Part shown: piece after piece, positions 1-6,209 of the stretch
How the letters are laid out: each line of letters begins with the position of its first letter
Position numbering within the stretch: the first letter of the stretch is position 1
Source of the DNA: Candidatus Iainarchaeum sp.
Lineage (GTDB): Archaea; Iainarchaeota; Iainarchaeia; Iainarchaeales; 0-14-0-20-30-16
NCBI GenBank assembly: GCA_903916665.1
Contig: CAIWXP010000124.1
Coordinates: 1-6,259, forward strand
DNA: 6,259 nt
Reading direction: 5' to 3'
The notes under the pieces: model-generated
What the model was told of the DNA's origin: nothing
Databases searched by the model: none
Seen by the model: the letters and a program-made list of their open reading frames with translations, nothing else
Program-made: the position numbers and the translations under genes

Positions 1-1
1 A

Positions 2-262
2 TTTGATAAAAAAGAAATTCTAAAATATATAGATTTTTTTGATAGTGCAAAATTAAATTTAAAAAAACGATTAATACTATTAGAGGGCAGTCCTTGGGTA
101 GGATTATTTGAAAAGGAAAATTTTACTTTTGTAACTAAAAAAGAAGTTAAATTAAGTGATATTGAAATAAATGCAATATCCCATGATGTTTTAAACGCAA
201 AGGAATTATTTATTGATGAAAAAGCAGTTGAATATGAAATTGCAAAAAGACAAATTGCATAA
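2..262 (+). CDS. 3' end of an unidentified protein-coding gene, truncated by the left window edge
   Basis: Frame 2 is open from nt 2 to TAA at 260-262 (86 codons, FDKKEILKYIDFF...EYEIAKRQIA*). It is absent from the supplied track because it has no start codon inside the window. Its composition matches the neighbouring genes, and its stop lies 8 nt before the first ATG of the next gene. No recognisable motif. Confidence 0.5.
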   Translation, partial: FDKKEILKYIDFFDSAKLNLKKRLILLEGSPWVGLFEKENFTFVTKKEVKLSDIEINAISHDVLNAKELFIDEKAVEYEIAKRQIA

Positions 263-270
263 TTTATGAA

Positions 271-1068
271 ATGAAAAAAGGTATATTTATGGTTAGAATA
301 ATAACATTTGCCTCTGGAAAAGGAGGAGTAGGAAAAACAACCATTGCTGCAAATTTAGGAATAGCATTAAAACAAATGAATGAAAAAGTTTTATTGATTG
401 ATGCTGATGTAACAATGGCAAATTTAAGTTTAATATTAGGAATGGAATCTTCACCCATAACTATTAATGATGTTTTGAGAGGAGAAGCAAACATTGAAGA
501 TGTAATTTACAAAGGTCCTGGTGGTGTTGAAGTTATACCTGCATCATTGTCTTTACAAAATTTTCAAGCATTAGATTTAACAAAGATTCCTCAAATGGTA
601 AAAAAATTATCCTATAACTACGATTTTATTATTTTAGATTGTGCAGCAGGAGTTGGAGAAGATACACTATCTGCAATGGCCGCAGCAACGGAAGTATTTA
701 TTGTTATTAACCCCTACTCTTTATCAATTGCAGATGCATTAAAAACAAAAATAATGGCACAAAAAATAAATGCAAAACCTGTGGGAATAATAGTAAACAT
801 GGTTGGATACTATAAAGGAGAAATAAAAGAAGGGGATATTGTTAAGATGATGGAATTACCAAGCTATGGTGTAATCCCATTTGATGAAGTTGTTAGAGAA
901 AATTTTTATTATAAACAAATTGTTCCTATAATTATTAAAACACCAGGAACTCCGGCAAGTGTTGCAATAAAAAATATTGCTTCAAGAATGTTAGGAAAAG
1001 AACCAACTGAAGAAATAAAAAAATCTGGATTCTTTGCTTGGTTAAAAAGATTATTTTCAAAAAATTAA
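271..1068 (+). CDS. minD: MinD/ParA-family septum-site-determining-type ATPase (archaeal MinD-like)
   Basis: Deviant Walker A SGKGGVGKTT (GKGGVGKT = nt 316-339), LLIDADV switch region, Walker B DFIILDCAAG, and a C-terminal amphipathic tail KKSGFFAWLKRLFSKN. The true start may be ATG 289 (MVRIITFASGKGG...), which matches the usual MinD N-terminus and has AAGGT about 8 nt upstream. ATG 271 is the longest ORF. Confidence 0.9.
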   Translation: MKKGIFMVRIITFASGKGGVGKTTIAANLGIALKQMNEKVLLIDADVTMANLSLILGMESSPITINDVLRGEANIEDVIYKGPGGVEVIPASLSLQNFQALDLTKIPQMVKKLSYNYDFIILDCAAGVGEDTLSAMAAATEVFIVINPYSLSIADALKTKIMAQKINAKPVGIIVNMVGYYKGEIKEGDIVKMMELPSYGVIPFDEVVRENFYYKQIVPIIIKTPGTPASVAIKNIASRMLGKEPTEEIKKSGFFAWLKRLFSKN

Positions 1069-1097
1069 ATTATATTTACAAATATTTTACGTGAGGG

Positions 1098-1331
1098 ATG
1101 ACTATGCAAGAAATATCGAAACCATTTGATTTCCTAAATTCAAGTATTAATAAAAATGTATTAGTACTTATGAAGGGAAACTTAAGAATAAGAGGAAAAC
1201 TTAAAGCATTTGATGTTCATATGAACATTGTATTAGAAGATGCTGAAAAGTTAAATGAAGATGATACTGTTAGCCAAAAATTTGGTAAAGTTATAGTAAG
1301 AGGAGATACAATTATTTTAGTATCACCATAG
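1098..1331 (+). CDS. Sm-like (LSm/SmAP) archaeal RNA-binding protein
   Basis: Sm1 motif VLVLMKGNLRIRGKLKAFDVHMNIVLEDAE and Sm2 motif KVIVRGDTIILVSP, with a size (about 75 aa) typical of archaeal SmAP. The start is more likely ATG 1104, because GAGGG at 1093-1097 lies 6 nt upstream of it but directly abuts ATG 1098. Confidence 0.9.
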   Translation: MTMQEISKPFDFLNSSINKNVLVLMKGNLRIRGKLKAFDVHMNIVLEDAEKLNEDDTVSQKFGKVIVRGDTIILVSP

Positions 1332-1359
1332 AATAATTAAAAAAATCTGTAGTGGTTTA

Positions 1360-2472
1360 ATGGGATCAATACAAATAAATAATATTAATGATCTTAAAAA
1401 ATATGTTAAGATTCCTAAATTTCAAGAAAGTTCATTAAATGAAGTTATTAAAAAATATCCTGTTAAACTTACATATCATCTTTTAAAACTTATTAAAAAA
1501 TCACCTAATCTGGCAAAACAATTTATTCCTAATTCTAAAGAACTTATTACTACAGGCATTTATAGGCCTTGGGAAGGTAAAGCAAATACAGGAATTTATG
1601 GTTTAGAAAGAATGTACAAAGATAGAGCAATAATTATGCCCATTTATCAATGTCCAGCTTATTGTAGACATTGTGTAAGAAAAGATTATTTAACAAGATC
1701 AAATAAAGCTATGAGCTATTCTGAAATTAATAAAGCATTAAAATATATTAAAAAGGATAAACGTATTACTGAAGTATTAATCACTGGTGGAGATCCTTTA
1801 ATGGATTTAAAAAGATTAAATTACATTATTAAAGGATTAAGAAAAAATAAAAACATTGATGCAATAAGAATTGGAACTCGAAGCTTAATGTATGATCCAA
1901 AGAGAATAAATAATTCATTCATCAAAATGCTTTTAAAATATAAAAAATCAGATAAGCCAATTGAAATATCAACTCAATTTAATCATCCTGACGAGTTAAC
2001 AAAAGAAAGCATTAATGTTTGTAAAAAATTAAATTCTCATGGAATTAGAATTTATAACCAAACAACTGTTTTGAAAGGAATTAATGACAATCCAAAAACT
2101 CTTATGATATTATTTAAAAAGTTAAGAGCAATTGGTGTTGAAATGCATTATATGTTACATTGTGCACAAGTAAAAGGTGCAGAACATCTACAAACAAGTG
2201 TAAAAAAATTAATTAATATAAAAAGATACTTTGCAGAAGGTAATTTATCACGAAGATGTAATCCCAATTTTATTTTGTTAACTAGTGTTGGAAAACTTCA
2301 ACCACTATTAGAATGTGATATTATAAAAAAGAAGAAAAATATTCTTTATTTAAAAACACCATATACAGTAAAAGACTTCAAATCAATTAACCCTAAATTC
2401 AAATTACCAATGGGCTGTTCTATAGCTAAAGATAAAACAATAATCTGTGAATACATCGATGGTAAAGACTAA
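1360..2472 (+). CDS. KamA-family radical SAM / PLP aminomutase (lysine-2,3-aminomutase-like, substrate uncertain)
   Basis: CPAYCRHC CxxxCxxC cluster (C98/C102/C105, nt 1651-1674). KamA-family blocks are present in order: VLITGGDPLMD, IRIGTRSLMYDPKRI, STQFNHPDELT, YNQTTVLKGINDN, HYMLHCAQVKGAEHLQT. A GK motif (K312, nt 2293-2295) sits at the position of the PLP lysine. Confidence 0.85.
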   Translation: MGSIQINNINDLKKYVKIPKFQESSLNEVIKKYPVKLTYHLLKLIKKSPNLAKQFIPNSKELITTGIYRPWEGKANTGIYGLERMYKDRAIIMPIYQCPAYCRHCVRKDYLTRSNKAMSYSEINKALKYIKKDKRITEVLITGGDPLMDLKRLNYIIKGLRKNKNIDAIRIGTRSLMYDPKRINNSFIKMLLKYKKSDKPIEISTQFNHPDELTKESINVCKKLNSHGIRIYNQTTVLKGINDNPKTLMILFKKLRAIGVEMHYMLHCAQVKGAEHLQTSVKKLINIKRYFAEGNLSRRCNPNFILLTSVGKLQPLLECDIIKKKKNILYLKTPYTVKDFKSINPKFKLPMGCSIAKDKTIICEYIDGKD

Positions 2473-2500
2473 TACTTTTGTTATATTCACACTATTTCTA

Positions 2501-2545
2501 ACATTAACTATATATACTTATTTTATATGTATAATATAGAGAATT
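2501..2545 (+). promoter_or_regulatory. Candidate archaeal promoter (TATA box) for the downstream gene string
   Basis: This lies in the only substantial intergenic gap in the window (2473-2545). TATATATA at 2509-2516 would place a start site near 2539, giving a very short leader before ATG 2546. A second TATA-like TTTATATG at 2522-2529 is too close to the ATG. The T-rich CTTTTGTT just after the upstream stop could help termination. The call rests on sequence pattern only. Confidence 0.4.
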
Positions 2546-3844
2546 ATGTCATTTGATTTAAGCACTGAAGAAGTAATTGTAGGAAGAACAGAATCCGATA
2601 TTAAGAAGTACGGAAAGAAAGGTACTGGTTTTTTAGCTAAAGTTGTTATGAGTTCTGGTGAAAACCCAGTATTAGGAAGAAAGATACTTGTTGATTTGGC
2701 AAAACCCCACGTTGTTTTAATTTGTGGAAAACGTGGTGGTGGAAAATCCTATTCAATGAGTGTTTTTGTTGAAGGGTTTGCACAATTACCTCCAGAAATT
2801 AGAACTCGTATGGCTGTTTTAGTAATTGATACCGTGGGAATATTTTGGTCAATGAAAATGCCCAATACTGAAGAAGCTAATTCTTTATATGATTGGGGTC
2901 TACAACCAGAAGGTATGGGAAATCTAAGAGTTTTAGTACCAATGGGAAAATATGATTTTTATAAAAAAAATAATTTGCCCGTTGATGGCGCATTTAATAT
3001 TAAAACTGCAGATGTTTCAGCAATGGAATGGCTTTCAATGTTTCATTTAAGTTGGTCTGATATTGAATCTGCAATTATTTTAGAAGCAATTGAAAAAGCA
3101 CAGGTTACTTTTGGCAGCTATTATGGGTTACCTGAAATTTATTCTGTTATTGATTCTTTAGAAACCTATAACCTAGAAAATAGATTAAGTTTAAAAAATA
3201 GATTTAAGCTAGCTGATTCCTGGGGAATATTTTCAAAAGAAGGTTCACCAATTGTTGATATTGCAAAGCCTGGTTTTGTAACTGTTATTGATGTTTCCAC
3301 CTATGGTCAAGTTTTAGGAATGGAAAATGTAAGAGAAATTATTGTTGCGATTTTAGGAAAAAGATTATTTGAAGAACGAGAATTGGAAAGAAAAAAAGAA
3401 GAAATCACTTTAATTGAAGGTGGAGAGAAAAAATCTGACATGCCAATGATTTGGATGCTAATTGATGAAGCACACATGTTCATGCCAAAGGATAGAAGTT
3501 CAATGGCACTAGATGTTTTATTAGAATGGGTTAGAGTTGGAAGACAACCCGGATTATCATTATTATTAGCAACGCAGAGACCTGAAAGATTACATCCTGA
3601 TGCAATTTCACAGTGTGATTTATTTATTAGTATGCGATTAACAGCTAAAATGGATATTGATTCTGTTGGAGCATTAAGACCAAGTTATTTACATGAAGAT
3701 ATGGATAAATACTATGCCACTTTACCAAGAGACAAAGGTTATGCTTTAATTTTAGATGATAATTCTGAAAAACTTTGGATGGTTAAAATAAGACCAAGAA
3801 CAACATGGGATGCAGGTAAAACTGCTTCTGCTTTCAAAAAGTGA
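2546..3844 (+). CDS. HerA/FtsK-clade P-loop ATPase (DUF87-like, HerA-like)
   Basis: Walker A GKRGGGKS (nt 2726-2749). Walker B MLIDEAH (DEAH = nt 3464-3475). ATQRPERL (QRP = nt 3575-3583) followed by ISQCDLFISMRLTAKMD, the typical HerA/FtsK C-terminal block. At 432 aa it is shorter than classical HerA (about 500 aa). Confidence 0.8.
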   Translation: MSFDLSTEEVIVGRTESDIKKYGKKGTGFLAKVVMSSGENPVLGRKILVDLAKPHVVLICGKRGGGKSYSMSVFVEGFAQLPPEIRTRMAVLVIDTVGIFWSMKMPNTEEANSLYDWGLQPEGMGNLRVLVPMGKYDFYKKNNLPVDGAFNIKTADVSAMEWLSMFHLSWSDIESAIILEAIEKAQVTFGSYYGLPEIYSVIDSLETYNLENRLSLKNRFKLADSWGIFSKEGSPIVDIAKPGFVTVIDVSTYGQVLGMENVREIIVAILGKRLFEERELERKKEEITLIEGGEKKSDMPMIWMLIDEAHMFMPKDRSSMALDVLLEWVRVGRQPGLSLLLATQRPERLHPDAISQCDLFISMRLTAKMDIDSVGALRPSYLHEDMDKYYATLPRDKGYALILDDNSEKLWMVKIRPRTTWDAGKTASAFKK

Positions 3845-3848
3845 TTCT

Positions 3849-4718
3849 ATGGGTGTGAAATTAGTTAAACAAATCTATCCTTGTCAAGGAGTTCCAGTTA
3901 TTATTTTTGAAACTCGTTGCCCTAAGCCTTGCTTGTATTGTGATTTATACAAGCGAGATTTTAATAAAAAAGAAATTCTTGCAGAAGGAAAAGAAGCAAT
4001 TTTAAAAGAATTAAAAAAATATAAAGGGGCTTATTTCTCTGCTGTTTCAGATTGTTTTTTACCTCAAAATAAAGATTTAACTTTGGAATTGATTAAAGGG
4101 GCATGGAAAAATAAAAAAGATTTTGTTCCATTAGTAATAACAAAACAAATAATTCCTGATGACGCAATTAAACTATTTGCAAAAAATAAACATCGTTTAG
4201 TTTTACAGTATTCTATTCCTAGTGTGAATAATAAACTTTTATCAATTATTGAACCTGGCGCTGCCTCGGTATCAGATAGATTAAAAACAATTAAAAAAGT
4301 TATTAAAGCAAAAATTCCAGTTATTGCTGTTGTAATGCCTTGGTTTAATATCTATGAAAACAATGAATCTATTGAAGATCTACCAAAAGCATTGGCAAAA
4401 ATTGGTATTTTAAGATGTAAAATTGGTACTGGCGTTTTAACAGAAATACAAATGCAAAGAATGTTGGCTACTAAAAATAAATCAATTATAAAAGCAGTCA
4501 AAAAACTAAACCAAATCAAAAAAGTTACTACTCGTGTAGGCTATACTTGGCCACAAAAAAAGAGAATTACCGAATTTTCTAAAATTATTAAAGCATTTGA
4601 TAAATATGGAATAAAATCTAAAATATGTACTGCAGATAATATTGATTTAATAGGAAAAGTTAAATTTCCACTTTGTACAATTTTTAAACATCCAAATTTC
4701 AAAAAAATAAAAAAGTGA
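3849..4718 (+). CDS. Radical SAM enzyme, spore-photoproduct-lyase-like (COG1533 'DNA repair photolyase' type layout)
   Basis: CPKPCLYC CxxxCxxC cluster close to the N-terminus (nt 3918-3941). It is followed by SAVSDCFLP, VITKQ, LQYSIPSVNNKLLSIIEPGAAS..DRLKTIKKV and IAVVMPW blocks, which resemble the SplB-like family pattern as I recall it. Start 3849 is preferred because AGTGAT lies 3 nt upstream, the same geometry as other junctions here. The track's longer ORF starts at 3810 and would overlap the upstream gene by 35 nt. Confidence 0.75.
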   Translation: MGVKLVKQIYPCQGVPVIIFETRCPKPCLYCDLYKRDFNKKEILAEGKEAILKELKKYKGAYFSAVSDCFLPQNKDLTLELIKGAWKNKKDFVPLVITKQIIPDDAIKLFAKNKHRLVLQYSIPSVNNKLLSIIEPGAASVSDRLKTIKKVIKAKIPVIAVVMPWFNIYENNESIEDLPKALAKIGILRCKIGTGVLTEIQMQRMLATKNKSIIKAVKKLNQIKKVTTRVGYTWPQKKRITEFSKIIKAFDKYGIKSKICTADNIDLIGKVKFPLCTIFKHPNFKKIKK

Positions 4719-4722
4719 AACT

Positions 4723-5175
4723 ATGAATTTAGAAGAATACTTAGAACAAAATAATATTTGGTATAAGTTTGTTGATAAGCCCGAAACTATTCATACAGCC
4801 GATGCAGCCAAAGAATCTGGTATAGATTTAAAAAAAATAACTAAATCATTAATTTTATTAGATCAGGATAAAAATCTAATTTTAGCAATTGTTCCTGGTG
4901 ATTGCAAATTATCTTTTGAAAAAGTGCGAACAGCAACAGGGGCAAAGAAAGTAAGACTAGTTCCTTTTGAAGACGCAGAAAATTATTCTGGATATTTACC
5001 TGGTGCAACACCAATGGTTTGTCATAAAAATAAAATGATTGTTATTATTGATAAAAAATTAATATCCTATGACACCATATTTGGTGGCGGTGGAACAAGA
5101 ACTAAACTATTAGAATTAAAAACCAACGATGTAATAACATTAAATATTGCCAAAGTAGAAGACATTAGTGAATAA
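4723..5175 (+). CDS. YbaK/ProX-like aminoacyl-tRNA trans-editing (deacylase) domain protein
   Basis: A single-domain protein of 150 aa. It has ITKSLIL (K41 at the position of the conserved YbaK lysine), the GYLPGATPM loop and the glycine-rich FGGGGTR motif near the C-terminus. Confidence 0.75.
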   Translation: MNLEEYLEQNNIWYKFVDKPETIHTADAAKESGIDLKKITKSLILLDQDKNLILAIVPGDCKLSFEKVRTATGAKKVRLVPFEDAENYSGYLPGATPMVCHKNKMIVIIDKKLISYDTIFGGGGTRTKLLELKTNDVITLNIAKVEDISE

Positions 5176-5189
5176 ATTGAGTGAAATAA

Positions 5190-5555
5190 ATGAAAATAAT
5201 CTATGTAGCGCACTATACAAAATATGATTTTCAAAGAGAACTCTATGAACCATTAAAGAAAATTACTAATTATAAATTTATTTTTCCACATGATAAATCA
5301 TTGGTTTCTGAAAGCTCAAAAAACAAAATAAAGAAATGTGATGTTATCTTGGCAGAAGTATCCTATCCTAGCACAGCTATAGGAATAGAAATTGGTTGGG
5401 CAGATTCTTTTAAGAAACCTGTAATATATTTGCACAAAAAAAATTCAAAAATTTCAAAATCATTAAATATTATCTCAAAGAACTTTTTTGCATATAAAGA
5501 TTTAAATAAAGAATACAAAAAACTAAATACTCTTTTAAATAAGGTGATTAAATGA
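5190..5555 (+). CDS. Nucleoside 2-deoxyribosyltransferase-fold protein, DNPH1/Rcl-like (putative (deoxy)nucleotide N-glycosidase)
   Basis: CDVILAEVSYPSTAIGIEIGWA aligns by eye to the DNPH1/Rcl core ADVVVAEVTQPSLGVGYELGRA. The catalytic-position Glu is E67, nt 5388-5390. The N-terminal strand KIIYVA matches the IYF/IYLAG strand. The size is right for a minimal version of this fold. Confidence 0.6.
   Translation: MKIIYVAHYTKYDFQRELYEPLKKITNYKFIFPHDKSLVSESSKNKIKKCDVILAEVSYPSTAIGIEIGWADSFKKPVIYLHKKNSKISKSLNIISKNFFAYKDLNKEYKKLNTLLNKVIK
5541..5548 (+). promoter_or_regulatory. Shine-Dalgarno site (AAGGTGAT) for the LOG-family gene
   Basis: GGTGAT is complementary to the conserved 16S rRNA 3' end. 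A 3-nt spacer separates it from ATG 5552. It lies inside the last codons of the upstream gene. Confidence 0.55.
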
Positions 5556-6205
5556 CTCGCCTACATACTAACAAACAATATCTTAATAAAGATTGGACAA
5601 TTGATACAGTAAATAAAGAAATCAATAATGGTTTAGAAATATTAAATAAAATAGATAAACCAATTGTTGCTTTTTTTGGATCTCACAGAATTAATAAAAC
5701 AAATAAATATTACAAACATTGCGAAACTGTTGCTTTTGAGTTAGGAAAGAATGGATTTGCAATAGTTACTGGTGGTGGACCAGGAATAATGCACGCAGCA
5801 AATACTGGTGCAACAAAAGCAAAAGCACCGAGCATAGGATTAAAAGCAGAATTATTAACAAAAGAAATAGTTAAAGATAAAATATATTCTCACAAGTCAG
5901 ATTTTAAATTTATTTTTGTTCGACGATTCATAATGTCAATTAAAAGTGAAGCATTAATATTTTATCCTGGTGGTTATGGTACATTAAACGAATTATTTGA
6001 ATATGCTGTTTTAATGCAAACAGGAATCTGTGATAAAGTACCAATAATCTGTGTAAATAAAGATTATTGGAAAGGATTATTCGATTGGTTAAAGAAAAAT
6101 CCTTTAAAAAATAAATTCTTTATTCATAATAATGATATAAAATTATTATACTTTGTAGACTCTGAAAAAGAAATTATAAATATTATTACAAAACGTAAAA
6201 GGTGA
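5552..6205 (+). CDS. LOG-family (TIGR00730-type) Rossmann protein, putative nucleoside 5'-monophosphate phosphoribohydrolase
   Basis: VTGGGPGIMHAANTGA (GGGPGIM = nt 5771-5791), RRF...ALIFYPGGYGTLNELFE (PGGxGTxxE = nt 5966-5992) and VPIICVNKDYWKGLFDWL. All three are hallmark LOG/PpnN-type blocks. The start overlaps the upstream stop (ATGA at 5552-5555). Confidence 0.85.
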   Translation: MTRLHTNKQYLNKDWTIDTVNKEINNGLEILNKIDKPIVAFFGSHRINKTNKYYKHCETVAFELGKNGFAIVTGGGPGIMHAANTGATKAKAPSIGLKAELLTKEIVKDKIYSHKSDFKFIFVRRFIMSIKSEALIFYPGGYGTLNELFEYAVLMQTGICDKVPIICVNKDYWKGLFDWLKKNPLKNKFFIHNNDIKLLYFVDSEKEIINIITKRKR

Positions 6206-6206
6206 T
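6199..6206 (+). promoter_or_regulatory. Shine-Dalgarno site (AAGGTGAT) for the downstream partial gene
   Basis: The same octamer and spacing as at 5541-5548. The TGA stop of the LOG gene (6203-6205) lies inside the site. Confidence 0.55.
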
Positions 6207-6209
6207 TAA

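Noticed and set aside
264-494. 76-aa ORF on the minus strand from the supplied track
   Set aside because: It lies entirely antisense to the N-terminal, motif-rich part of the MinD-like gene (Walker A region). It has no recognisable motif or ribosome-binding site. It is a typical shadow ORF in AT-rich DNA.
1070-1077. TATA-like TTATATTT upstream of the Sm gene, a possible internal promoter
   Set aside because: The gap is only about 30 nt and consists of generic AT-rich sequence. The implied start site would fall at or beyond ATG 1098. This is not distinguishable from background composition.
1360-2472. Calling the KamA-like gene ablA (lysine 2,3-aminomutase for N-epsilon-acetyl-beta-lysine osmolyte synthesis)
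   Set aside because: No ablB-type acetyltransferase is adjacent. By-eye alignment also suggests that the two lysine-binding aspartates are replaced (A269, L307). Only the family-level call is supported.
2523-2534. Short inverted repeat TTATA-TG-TATAA in the intergenic region, a possible operator
   Set aside because: The arms are only 5 bp, in a region that is almost pure A/T, so this is expected by chance. It also overlaps the TATA-like sequences.
2963-2970. A8 homopolymer inside the HerA-like gene, a possible frameshift or phase-variation site
   Set aside because: The reading frame is intact across it and conserved ATPase motifs continue downstream in the same frame. Poly-A runs are common throughout this AT-rich window.
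3810-3848. N-terminal extension of the radical SAM ORF (MQVKLLLLSKSDS), overlapping the ATPase gene by 35 nt
   Set aside because: There is no Shine-Dalgarno-like sequence with usable spacing before ATG 3810. ATG 3849 has AGTGAT with the same 3-nt spacer seen at other junctions. The extension looks like out-of-frame translation of the upstream gene's end. It is kept as an alternative start only.
3849-4718. Possibility that the radical SAM protein is a prokaryotic viperin-like antiviral enzyme
   Set aside because: After the Cys cluster, the sequence blocks (SDCFLP, VITKQ, EPGAAS..DRL, VVMPW) resemble the SplB/COG1533 layout rather than the viperin pattern as I recall it. It cannot be excluded without a profile search, but nothing specific supports it.
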